Source of the DNA: Psammoneis japonica
Lineage: Eukaryota
Direction of reading: 5' to 3'
DNA length: 52,223 bases
Assembly: GCA_008632985.1 (NCBI GenBank)
Contig: QPGO01000334.1
Coordinates: forward strand, 1 to 52,223
Shown here: positions 33,835-46,565 of the stretch, piece after piece
Layout: the number at the start of each line of letters is the position of its first letter
Numbering within the stretch: position 1 is the first letter of the stretch
Made by a program: the position numbers and the translations under genes
The notes under the pieces: generated by a model
What the model saw: the letters and a program-made list of their open reading frames with translations, nothing else
Database searches by the model: none
What the model was told of the DNA's origin: nothing

Positions 33835-36800
33835 CTTGAATTCCTTGCTGCACATTAGAGTCATTCATTGAATGGTGTCATTTGACAGATGTTGACAGTG
33901 TCAATGATCTCTCACCATGTTTGATCTGCACTTGCTGTGCTGTCAGTGTGTGCCATTGTCATTTTGTGGTGGGGCCCAGCATGGGGCTGCTCTGATTTTG
34001 AGAGTCTTTCTCAAGCAATGTCTTTTCTTCTGCTCTGTGCTGCACATGTGAGAGAAGCACATTGAGCATTTTCTCAAGCATTGTTTTTATTTTTAGATTT
34101 TCTTTTTTCTTTTCTAAACAAATTTCCTGTCAGCAAGAACATGTTGGATGTCAAATGTGACATGCCTGTTGAAGACCAACTGTCCTGGTGCAGCTTGCAC
34201 AGCAGTGTGACATGTTGAGTGCACTCCAAAGGCCGCTGCTGACAGGATTCCTGTGAAAGGATTCTCTTTGTCTGGAGGTTTATTTTGTAGATCAAATGTG
34301 TGCAGCATGTTGCCCAGTGCTCAATGCTTGTGCTGAACAATGGTGTCAGCTTGTGGATTTTGGGCACCAGCTGTGGGCCTGCACTCAATGCCACAGTCCT
34401 CTTTAACCACAGTTCTGAGTTGGTGTTCAGTGAACTCACTTCCACAATCACAAGCAATTGAAGATGGTCAAGGGCACTCACTCAACACCACGTTCTTTCC
34501 AGCAGTCCAGCAACAGTCATGGATTCCTCATTTGGAATTTCTGCCAGTGCTTCAAACAATCCTGTTGCTGGATCAACCATTGTGAAACATTTTGAGACCA
34601 GTGGTTTCTTTCTGCCCTTTCAATGCATTTTGCATGGTTCAATGACATTCACACATCTTCCCCATTGCACTGCTTCCACACACTCAGGAGGCCAATGTTT
34701 GTGTTTCTTCTGTTTCTTTTTTTAAATTTCTGGCATTTTTCACATTTTGACACGCATTTTTCTCATGTCTTTGCGCAAGGCAGACCACCACAAGTGTTGT
34801 GAGATTGTCTCTTTAGCTCCACTCATGGTGCCAAGGTGCACAAGGCATGCATGGTGCACCAACCCATCACTCTGCCTTTTTTGACATCTTTGGCATGATC
34901 TTTGTGTGACATGTTGCACCCAACAATTTGGAGAGAATGTCCTTGCCCCACTTTTGTTCAGCATCAAGAACTTTGCACGTAAAAATTGAAGGACATTGTT
35001 GCAGGATTTGGGTGCAACATTCTCAGCCAATTCTTCAGCGGCTGCTGAGGTTTTCTGTTTTCTTCACAGTGAGTCAGCTGATTGCATCTGCAATGACACC
35101 AGCCTTGCCCTTTTGAGGTAAATTGTTTTTGAGCTGCATTCTTCTGTTGTCAGATGCCAACACATGACTCTGTTCACAGCAAAATTCCAGTGAGTGAGAT
35201 TTTTAGGACCCACAAATGTTTTCATCTGTTGGCCAAACAGTGTGTTGCAGAACTCTTTTGGATTTTCTGCAAAGGACAGAAGTTCTTCTTCCATTGTGGT
35301 GTGGCATGTCTGCACTCCATTGAGCTTGCAGCTGCAGAAGGCAGTGGGTCTGTCATCTTGTGTTGTGACCACTCCCAATTGAGAATCACTGATGGTGGTG
35401 TGCATCTCAAATGGTTTGTTGCATTTGGGTGTGACAACAACACATTTTTGACATGAAATGCTTCATGTTTTTGAAAGCCTTTTGTTCCATGCTTGTCTGT
35501 TGCCACTTGACCTTGCTTGAGGTGATTTGGCCAGACAAGTGAGTGCATGAGATTGTCAAGGCCAAATGCTCCAATTCCTTGTGAGTGGTGGGAGCTGCAA
35601 TCACTTGAATTGCCTCCACTTTCTCAGGGATTGGTCTGAAGCCATTTCAGGTGATGTGAAGGCCTGGATGGTCCACTTCAGGCTTGGATTAAATAGACTT
35701 TTTTTGGCATTAACTTTTAAACCAGCTTGTTTGAGCCGTGTGAATGTCATTTTAAACTTGTTCAGGTTGTGTTTGAAGGCACCTTTTATCAGGCACATCA
35801 TGTCATCAAAATGAGTTCTGAAAACTCCAAACCTGCCATGAGCTGGCTTGTGTGTTCTTGAAAACATGTGAGGCTCCACAAACATCCACCATGGTGAGTC
35901 TGCAGCACTCACACTTGCCCCATGGCACACCACAATTGCACACAAGCAACATGCTGTGGTGTTAATTTGACATGGTGGTGTTCCATGTTCAAATCAAGTG
36001 AGGTCACATGCATGGACCCTTCTGGTTTTTGCAGCACATCTTCAATGTTGGGCAAAGGAAATGGAGTGTGTCTTGACCTTTTGTTGAGCTTGCAGAAGCC
36101 AGGCAGGAACCAAACTTGACCATTTTTCTTGGGTTGAACAAAAGTTGGAGCTGCCCATTCAGAATGGTTCATCTTTCTCAAGACTTTCAATTTGCATTGT
36201 TGGTCCACTTCCTTTCAAGCAATTGCCTCCAAGGCTTGTGGCACAGGAAATGGTTTCACGTGACACAGAGTTGCAACCAACTTCAATGCAAAATCTGCTG
36301 GTCTTCCTGTTCATTTGTGCCTGAGGCCTGACACACCATCAAAGAGGGGTTGAAACCTTTTTGAGCAAGAAGTTCAGTTGTCTCTGTTCTTCTGGGGCTG
36401 GATGAGTTGCTGCCATGGTGGTCACATTGTTGAGGTCAGCAGCATGACAGTCAGAGTCAAGGATCTTGTTGATCCTGTTGTCAAGGCCATTCACAGCATG
36501 AGATTCCTCAATGCAATTGGCAATCAGCTTGAAAACATCAGGCATCAAAGAATGTGCCAACATCTTTCATTGGTGCAGTTGCATCTTCCCATTTGATTTT
36601 GTCATTTGCAAAGTCTGACATGACTCCAAGACTGCTCATCAAGTTGTGTCCCAAGACCATGTCACATTGACATGAAGAAGAAGGGGTGCTGCACCACATT
36701 CTTAATCAACTTGTGTTTGTCAAATTCAGGTGATGAAAACTGGATTTTGCATTGGCTGTCAGTCACAAAGAGTTCACCCTTGGTTTCTCAAGTCTTGGTT

Positions 36801-38199
36801 GCAGATTCCTCAGTTCTCAATTTCCACATGAATTTGCACAAAATTGTGGTTTTCTGTCAAGAAGAATGTGCAGAGGCTTGTTTTTTGTTTTCCACAAAGA
36901 GGTGCTCATGTGAGGAATGATTGCTGGACTGGTGTGAGTTGTTTGGCCTTTTCCTGGGCTTGTTGGTGTCCAGTGATGTGCAAGACTCCTCAACAGGTGC
37001 CAGTCATTCCTCAGAATTGCTGCGAGTCATTTTCTCAAACTGAAACTTTCCTCTCTGAGGGCATCAGTGTCAGAGTCACAACTCTTGCTCTTGCACTCTT
37101 GTCCTTTGTCAAGAAACTTGCCTCAAGTGTCATCTTGACCACCTGGGCAATCAGAGCATCAAAATCTTCTTTTTGAAAGGCATTGTCAGCATTGCAACAA
37201 GGCCAGCATGTGCGATTGGCATTTTGGACATTGCTGTTTTGGGTTCCATTCAAAATTTTTTGGCATTCTTTTGCCAGTTTTTAATGACCCAGCATTGCTT
37301 GGTCCATGTCATGAGCATTTTTTTGCAACAATTGCACCGCTTGTTGGACTTGGGCCATTTGGCACCAGATTGGCAACCATTTTTGGGACCACAGCACCAC
37401 GGGATCTGTCCTGGGCTTTAGAGCCAGGCTCAGTGGTGGGCTCAGATTCGACATGGATCTGGTCAAATGATGTGTCCTTGGCAACCTCCAAATGCTCCAC
37501 AAAATCAACCAACCTGTCAAAGGTGTGGTCTGAGACTTCCAAACATTGTGGGTTGACTGATGCAAGCATCAAGAAGGTGCAAGGATGATGTTGCAGAGCT
37601 CATGTTAAGCAAGATTTTGCTTTGACTCATGGGGAGGACTGCACTTGAAGTTTTTGTTGACCTCCTGCATTCAAGCAGCAATTTCTTGAATTTTTCATGG
37701 TGTCTGGTTTCTGGAGATCAAGATCATGCTGTGGACGCCTTTTCTGATTTTGAGGAGTGTTCTTGGGGAAGACATGGTTTGAAAGATGCTGAAGACATTT
37801 TTCAAAGGCTCCTTTGTCTTTTCAGTCTTCAACGCTTGTTGCCTTTCTCAAAAACTTGCAGAGTGTCTCCATGCAACAACAACATGTGCACAAGCTGGAA
37901 CTTGTCAGCTTGCTTCTGGATGATCTGAAAGTTTTTAAAATTTTAATGTGCTTGGGAACTCCCTGCTTGTTGTGGTGATTGACATCTGTCATGTGGGTGC
38001 AGCTTTTCTTGCATCTTAAGGATGAAAATGCTGCTCCACATCTTGAGGTGCCGGCTTGGTTCAAGCAACTTTGGCGTGGAAATCAAATCCAGTGGCACAA
38101 GCACAATCTTCTCCTGCTTGATCAAGGACTTTGGGTGGATTGGCCACATGAGACAAAAGCTTCATTTTCATGTTTTTGCTTTTTATGGCATTTGTGCAC

Positions 38200-38591
38200 A
38201 ATGCACAGTGCTTGAAGAACAAGTGCAAACAGAAGTGGAGCGGATCGCACAAAAAGTGGAAATTGTGAGATTAAAATTTGCTCTGTGATTTTAGATTTCT
38301 CTGAACAAGTTCTCAATGGCCCAAAGTGTTTGCACTGCTTCTGCGCACTGAAAGTCTTTTAGAAAATGTTGTCATGACAACAGATTGTCCAGATGCAATT
38401 GACGTTGATGCCTTGTGTGTCAACATTGTCAAGGGATTGCATCATTTGCAATTTTTGACATCTCACAAACTCTGTGTGATCAATCTGACCTTCATGTGCA
38501 TGTCCACAATTGTGGTGCAATTGACACATGTGACATTGCACAATTGTCAGCATGTGCAAAACTTTCTTGCTTGACAACACATTGTGTTGCA
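38200..38591 (-). repeat. 5' LTR of the Gypsy element
   Basis: Diverged copy of 33525-33834 with an internal indel. Begins TGCAACA on the minus strand. Confidence 0.75.
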
Positions 38592-39859
38592 TTGGCAGGC
38601 TGTTTGTTTTGCATGCTTTGGTGCAAAAATGGCACCCAAATGACAAAACCAAATCACCAGCCTTTCATTGCTCCGATGCGACCATTGGGTTTTTGTCACA
38701 TTTGGAGAACCAAGAGGCAAGCAGGCCACTTTGGTTTGCTTCCATGCAAATGTGGCAGACCCACATGTGTGCACCAAACTGAGTCACTTTCAGTGCTGAA
38801 ATGAAGACAAAAAGACAGATCCTCATGAGTGGAAGGGTTGTTGGCACTTGTTCCCAGCTTTGAGAAGCCTGCCATTTGGTCGTGTCACACAAAAACTCAG
38901 CACAGCAATGACTTCCTGGGAAAAAATCTGATGAAATTTTCTGGCATTGTTGGCTGCACAAAGCAACAAGGTGTCTGAACAGCTGAGTGGAGCATGCTCC
39001 TGTGGCATGTGGGAACTCTGGTGAGTTCACTTGTTTGGCATGAAGGATGTCTTTCAAGTGCAAATGGTCGCAACATCCTCTTGCCATGTGCTTGAGAAGA
39101 AGTGCTTTTTGTGGCTATGGAGCAGATTGCTGTGCCACATTTGAGTGGCTCAAAGTCTCACAGATGCCCACTCATTGCACTCAAAAGGTTGGCCATGATC
39201 ATGTGCAAGAAGCAAGTGAACATGCCACAATCATTGGCCTGAGGAGCTTGGCTTTTGCTGCCAGCTTTAGAAAAGATTGCACTGTGCTCCTCCCAAAAAG
39301 AAACTTTGGCCAAGTTTTTCTCAAGATCTTTGCAGCCACACCCCTGTGTCAACTTGGGAGTGGTGAGAGGCAAAGCAGACAAAAAACCCACTCTTTCAAC
39401 TGAGTCATGTGAACCACTGACAAGAAGCAGAAATGCCTGTTGCAAGTCAAATCATCTGCAGCAAATGTTCGAACAAAATGAGCTTTGTTTCTTCAAACCA
39501 ACTGACCCTGCCCCATTCCCATCACAAAGGCTTGCAACACATTGCTTGCTCACAAGAACAATGATGTCACACAATCCACACACCAGTGCTGGTGTGTTGT
39601 TAAACCAGTTGGTGTTGGAGTGACAAAGTGAGGACATTGAGATGTCAATGATGAGCTGTGCATGGCATGCCAAAAGCCCACCTTGGCTCCACAGTGTGGT
39701 CTGCCACAAATGTTGGAAGAAAGGTGATGGATCAGCAAATCCAGCTTTGAAACATGCATGAGTTTGCCACCACCCCCTGCACAGTGCTCTGGGTGTTGGT
39801 CATTGAGCTGCTTTGCAGCACACTTTGCATTGACTCTGTGGTGCATCATGCAGAGTCAT

Positions 39860-42290
39860 TTTCCTTCATGTGCTCACATTGTCCTGCATCAGATTGTGGT
39901 GCTGCTGCTGCTGCTTGCCCTCTTCATTTGCATGCCTTTTCATTGGCAACAGGAGCACTTTGCATGATTTTGTGTTGTTGTTGTTGCAGTCTTTCTTTTT
40001 GACAGATGCGGGAGTTGAGTGCAATGAAAGTGCAAACAATTGGTGCATCAAGGTCAGTGTGTGGTGTCAAAAACATCAACTGTTGAAGCCTTTTCATTGC
40101 CTGTTTCTAAAAAGGATTTGAGGAGTGATTTGTGGCAGAGCTCCATGCTCTTCCCATCAAGAAGATTGGTTGGACTTCACAGGAAAAACAACCAACCACC
40201 TGCTGGTTTTTCATTCCTTGAATGCCTCAGTTTCTTGCCACAGCTTGCATTAACAAAATTGGCTGCTGGCAGCTTGGAAGTCACCATTTGTTGCCTTGAT
40301 GGCATTGGCAGTCTCTCTCATGCTGTTGCTGCACAAAAAGAACTCATTTTGCAATGGATTCAATCTCTGACCTGCTCTGGGAGGTTGCTGCAGGTTCTTT
40401 GTCTGGGTGGCAAGAAATCTGATGTCAACATTGAGGCATGAAGACCCACCATGGTCCTGGCAAACACAGGCCATTTGGTCCTCTGGAGTTTCCAAAATCA
40501 ATTCAGGGCATTCAGCACCTTGGATTCCTTCCAATGCGGGAGTGGTCTTGGAACCAAATGGCAGCTTGGGCACTGTGGAAAGTGGGTGTGGTGGCAGAGC
40601 TTGTGCCAAGATTTTGCAAAAGACCTTTTCTGTTTCAAACACCCACTTCAGACAAAGTGCATTTTCTTGGCAACTTGATGATCCATTGCATTGGAGTCAG
40701 CAAGCCTTGCACCTTTTCACCCTGAAAGTCATGCACTGCAGTCACTCAACACACTTGTGACAAGACATCTTGATTTGGTCATTTCCAAGTCAAGCTCTGG
40801 ATGCTTTTGAAATGTTCCCAAACATCCACCCAGCTCTGATGCAGACTTTTTGCAGAGTGCTCCTTGTTCAGATTTTCAATGGCATCAAAGCAAATGGAGC
40901 TCATCATGACTCTGTTTGATGGCAAGTTCTCTTGCAAAAAACTTCAAGAAACCCAAGGATGATTTCACACAAGTTGTTTGAACACAACACTTGCTGTCCA
41001 AATGACAGTGGGGTTCCACAAGACAACCCTCAGAATTTTTTCTGTTGCACAAAGCAGCAGTCTTCTTGATTGTGAGCTGGGGTGCCATGCAGATTGTCAA
41101 AGACAAGAACATTGCCAGATTCAATTGTCACGTTGAAAACACAATGGAGCCTTCACACCTGTGGGCTGCATTTGAAAACACCATGGTCACATCACTTTTG
41201 TTTGTCAATGTCTCAGACATTTTAAGTTTGGTGAGCAACTCTGCTCACTTGACTGGGTCTTTGTCACAGCTCTCATTTCTGCAATTGTCAAATGCTTGGC
41301 TGGTGAACTTCTGGCCACTTTGGATCAGCTTTGGTGGGAGGTCCTCAAATGCAGCAGTGCAGCTGGTGGCGGGGTGTGGAGAGTCCTGTGCTGTTCCTGC
41401 CAGATCCCCACTTGCACGCATCTCTGGTGTGTTCCTCTAAGCACATGTGGGAGCCCTGCTGCAGGAAAGGACAATGAGCTGCCCCAGCCACTGCCAGCTC
41501 TTCTTGCAACAGCAATTTCCACTTTTGTTCAACTGAGTTAGATTGGGACAAGCATTGCAACAGTCAAAAGAGGGGCACAGCACTGCTTTGCCAAACAAAC
41601 AATTTTCTCATTTGTTTGCTGGGGCCAGTTCCAGCTCCAGGCTGCATCTGCACACAATCCATCAAATGACCTGTTTCACTTTTTGCAAACTTTTGTTCTT
41701 TTGACCCCAGCTTTTGCCAAAATCAGCTGCAAGGCAATGAGAGTGTGCAAAAACTTTTTTAGCAGTGCACAATTTTTGTTGTCTGTCCAAAGCGAAGTTT
41801 TTCAGAGAGGTGGCAAAGCAAGCTTGGTGGGTTTCATTTTTCACCTGGGGCTGGGCCCAGCCAAGTGCACCTGTCACAGGCTGTGTGCCACATGCAGAGT
41901 GTCATCCAAAGCAGAAAGTTTGCAAGGTTTTTGGGAAGATTGTGCTGTTTCCATTGCCCACTGCATTGGGACTTGTGCTGATGCTGGTAAAGCAGAGCAG
42001 GACAATGATGACAAGTGCTGGCTGCAACTTTTACAAAAGGCAAAGAATGGCAAAGAATTGGTTGCGCTCTGATGTCTGGAAAAGCAGAGCAGGACAACAT
42101 CAGGCAACACATGGGGAGGGTTCAGGACAACACAGAGAAGCCAAAAGAGCTTTGTCAAGGTGCTCTCCTTCTTCTGCTTATCTCAGAAAAGTCAACCAAC
42201 AAGTGACGGCCTCTCTTGCTGGACAAAAAGAACCCCTTTTGCAATGGATTCAATCTCTGACCCATTCCAGGAGGTTGCAGTAGGTCCCTT
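39860..42290 (-). pseudogene. Hypermutated duplicate of the ~45940-49080 segment, including a truncated copy of the EcKinase-like gene (~40240-40907)
   Basis: FETEKVFCKILA versus FETEKVFYEILA, and QQPP..GQRLNPLQ in both. Flanks are shared (39860-40190 ~ 45940-46260; 40910-42190 ~ 47790-49080). About 0.8 kb is deleted internally. A further kinase fragment lies at ~42205-42300. Confidence 0.85.
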
Positions 42291-42510
42291 GTCCCGGCAG
42301 CGTGTGCGGGGTACTTCTCGTCCGCGAAGAGACCCATCTCCAGTTTCATGAGTGCGACTGCCATCTTTGGTGGACAGCGAGGAGCACTTCCGTGGAAGCA
42401 TAAATTGCAAAAGGTCGATAAGCAAAAAGAGGCAGAAATCAGCTGGCGGTGAGGACGACACGTACTGCTGCGAGTTTTACAAGAGCTAAAGAGTTTTAAA
42501 GAATTATGAG

Positions 42511-44382
42511 CTACTTAAATGAGCTCTCTTTGGAATTAGACCGTTTCATTGCGGATAAGCGATGAAGCTCAGCGGTGACTTCAAACTGCTTGATTGCTTG
42601 AATAAGAGTCGCCATTTCCAAATCAAGTTTCACGTCGTCAATGCCGGGCGTCCAACTTCGTGGCACCGAGATGAATGGATCTTCCAAAGTCAACTGCGTA
42701 TTAAGCAAGCCCAACAAGATAAGAGAGGTGAAGCATGATAAGATCAACGTAAAGGCCCAGCCAGTGCTTTCAAAGACAAAAGCATAGTATGGTCCCATAA
42801 TCCATGGCAAAATAATAATGTACGCACGGCCAAAGGACCGAGTCGCAAGAGGTGTTCGGTAGTACTTGATGACCCTTAAATATTCGACACGCTGTTGTAG
42901 GTGTTGATGAAACTGATGGAGCCTCGACGCTTCACTACTCGAAAAACCACATTGCCGCATTATTTCGGTGTGCATTGACAGATCCTACTCGTACGTGTGG
43001 TAGATACAAGAGCAAGGTGAGAAATACGAGCCAGGAAGCAAAGGGACGATATAACACAAAGACCTTACAAAAACAATCTCGTTTAATCGCTTCATGATAT
43101 CGTTCTGTGCAGCTCGAACTCGCTTCACGCCTTTCTGTTTGGACCACATGACCACATTACGGGTGTGCGCGACATTTGGCATGCTCAAATACTCGTACAC
43201 CAACTGAACAATTTGAACAAAGTCATTGCAGACATTGGCGTTAAAGTTTTCTGGGAGTTTCAACCGACCCTTGGTGAGCTTTCCGTCCATGGCCCAATCC
43301 ACCGTGATTGTAAAGAGAACGCTACTCATGATGCATGCTTTGAAATCAGCAAGCCGCATCAAGGCTTGCTCACGCCGCTGAAAGGTGGAGGAAATCAAAA
43401 AGGTCAAGGGAAATACCACCGCCACGGACAAAAACGCAAAGTTCAGCCTTGCAGCAAACTTATCGTGGTTGGCACAGTAAAACGACGTGGCCCCGAGTGC
43501 ATTCATGGTGACCAACAAGGCTTCTACACCCACAGACGTGGAAATGTAAATCAAAATGGCTGCAAGATAATTCGTAATGCTTTGTTCCAATGCTTCCTTT
43601 AGTCCCTGATTCTTGGATTTCTCTTCGTCCGCCAAATCATTTCTTAGCAACAACTTGCAATCCCACAGAGTGGGAATCTCGAGCAGTGCGACAGACGACT
43701 CGTCGCCATCATCCAGTCCAACCTTGGCTGTGTGCCCTTCCAGATACTCAAAGTAGGGATCATGATTGGAATGTCTTGATTTATTCATCACACGGTCCCA
43801 GAAACTTGTGCGTTTGGGCATTTGAAGCGACTCGCGACGATACAAGAGACCAAGCCGTCCGAACTTGACATCTTGAGCTTGTTGTTCTGCTGCGTCTTCC
43901 GACATCAACACTTCAAGCTGTGACTCTTCTGCCACAAAGGGATTGATCGCAGCTGGAATCGGGTTATCTTGTTCTTTGTGTTCTTCCGCATTGTGGTGAC
44001 TTGTGCGTTGTTCTTTGTGATGGTGACTCGTCAGACTCATCATGGACTCTTGATCCTTATATCCGTTCATGCTTAGACGGCGATCCGTAGTTTCCGACAA
44101 AATGGCGTCTTCCGAGAACAGAACATCGAATTGAGATGCTTCTCCCCATGTCATGGGGCGGTGATGACGACGTGACGAAGGAGATGGTGGAGGACTCGGC
44201 TTAATTTCATCATCGTCCTTCTGATCTTTGGTGTTTTCATCCTTCTCGTCTTCTGCCATGGTGTCTTTTCCGTTATCGCTCTGTAGTGGCTTGCCTTGGT
44301 GATCATCTTCATCACTACCCATGACAAATCCCTCCTCGAGGGTTTTAAGCGCTCTACTGCTATGAAACGGTTGCTTCTCCAT
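42511..44382 (-). CDS. Bestrophin-like membrane protein, 2 exons (44382-43069, 42984-42511)
   Basis: ATG at 44382 (MEKQPF). A GTAAG..TAG intron at 43068-42985 gives NEIVF|DLSMHTE. Motifs VVFPLTF.I...FQRRE.AL, YRTP...RSF and LEDPF. Confidence 0.7.
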
Positions 44383-46565
44383 GGTTGCTAGTTTGAAGTT
44401 GCTGCCAGGTCCCGCATGTTCGGTAATCTTTTGTTTCTTTTGACACGCTCTTACGCACCTCTCGAAAAGGGTGAGCGAGCGGGGGTGCGATGCGAGATGC
44501 GAGCGCGGATGACAGAACAATGACGACAGATGGCGTGTGCGAGAGCAGAGTGTGGTGCGCAGACCTGCATTTTTTGCGTGTGTCTCTCGAAGATCACACT
44601 TCTTGGGCAGTGAGTGCGGGGTGACACCAGAGGAGCTGAGTTGATGTTGCTCAGAGATGCGAAGAAGGAGACATCAGAGGCAGGATTCCATGTTCTCACA
44701 CCGCTTCTGATGACTCCATTGTTGCCTTCATGATTCCTGCCACCAGGTCAAAAATTCAATTGATGCTCTGTTGACTCAACTCATCTTCTTCCACACGCAA
44801 GCAACAGACACATCCCCCCAATGTTTCCCAGTGGTCTTTCCTCTCACCTGTTCTCCACACAGATGCCCCATGCCAATCCGCACTGCTCTGTTTGTGTGAT
44901 GCTCCTTTTTTCTTTCATTTGTCACCTCTCATTTCCCCATGTTCTTTTGAGGCTTTTTTTCCAATGACTGCAAACATTTCTTCAACCCGCAGCCTTCAAT
45001 TGTGACAATGTCCCATTTGACATGCAAGTCTGCTTGCTCCAAAATTTTTGTTTGTTTGGTTGGGTCATTGCAATGAAATTTTGTTCACAATTTTTTGCTT
45101 TTTGCATCATCTGGCAGGAGGAGTTTCTGCCACTCTCGTCCATCAAAAAAGCAGCACCAGAGTGCAGCCAAATGATGGGAAAGGGAAGTTGCTGGCTTGA
45201 GAACCATCTCCATGTCTGCACTTTTTTGTGCAAGATGCTGCCTCATGTGGATGGCACACTGGAGATGACCGCCATGCTGCCAGGGTTCATCTCCCATGCC
45301 CCCCATTTTCACAAGGGGCACAGCCAGCTGGGTCCTGTGTTGCTTGACAACTTTTCCAACGCCACTGCCAGGGTTCATCTCATGCCCCCCATCTTGATGT
45401 CAGAGGGGGTGCAGCAATGTCATGGTTGGGGCTCACATCAAAATGATTTGTTCATGACACACCAGCCAGCAGCCAGTCATTTTGTCATTGGACCCACAAA
45501 AATTGTTGCCAGATGATGTGCTGCCATCTCCTCCTTCAAGAGCTCAGCATGGCTTTGTTGGAGAATTGTCTTCTGTTTGCTCTGATGATGGAGTGCCTTG
45601 GTGTGCTTTTCTCAAGTCTTTGCTGACTTCCTTTGCTGGTGATGTGGCTGCAACAATGCCCCCCCCCCTTTGTTCAAAAAAGTTTTTTGGCTGGCAAGAA
45701 TTTTGTGGTCTGCCACAAAAGCAAAGAACACATCCACATTCAACTGCTTGCACTCCAAGTCTTTGCTTGTGCTGGAGAAGTGGCACTGTTTCCACAAATC
45801 CACCTTTGAAACATGAGTTTGCTGCCACCACCTTCTGCAAAGCGTTGTGGGTGCTGGCCACTGGGCCACTTGACAGCACACTTTGCATTGGATCTAGCTG
45901 TGGCACCTCATGCAGTGTCATCCTCCTTGATTTGATTGTGATGCTCACATTGCCCTGCATCCGATTGTGGTGACACTGCTTGCCCTCTTCATTTGCATGC
46001 CTTTTGGTTGGCAAAAGGAGATTTGGCATGGTTTTGTGTTGTTGCACTCTTTCTTTTTGATAGATGCAGGAGTCGAGTGTGATGACAACACAAACAAACA
46101 ATGTATGAAGGTCAGTGTGCAGTGTCACAAACATCAGCCGTCGAAGTCCGGCATTTTGTCTACTTTCCAAAAAGGATTTCGAGAGTGATTTATGCTGAAT
46201 TCTAGCTAGAGTGCTCTTCTACACCAAGAGGATTCGTCGGACTATTTGGGAAAGTCAACTATCAGGGTGTCCGGTTTACTCTGTTTTCTCCCTCAAATGC
46301 AGCGGTACACATCGTACTCTGCTTGCACATCTTGCGCCGCATTCCCTATTTTTGCACTCTCCCTGTTCTTCCACTGTTCCTCTAGTTAAGTTTGTGACTG
46401 TGAATACATGCAAAGATGTTTTTCTCAAGCGGGTTCTTGTTAGATTCGTTGTCACCTCATATGTCGACAGACAAAGAAGATGTAAAAGGCGGGATCGATA
46501 GCTATCGAAGCATGGGAAAGCCAATCCTTTTCTTTCGCGTGCGCTCGGTAGCTAGCTTAGGACTA

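Larger units (their letters stand above)
33525..38591 (-). mobile_element. Degenerate Ty3/Gypsy LTR retrotransposon (gag-PR-RT-RH-INT order) with both LTRs
   Basis: RT: SEWAAPTFVQPKKNG, LNK, P.PLPNIED, SLDLNM and (Y>H)FDD. RNase H: QLG.V.TQ...AF.S.KLN..Q...TT.E.ELL. Integrase: zinc-finger and core fragments plus a GP(Y>H) tail ending ~33862. Similar direct repeats at both ends. Confidence 0.92.
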
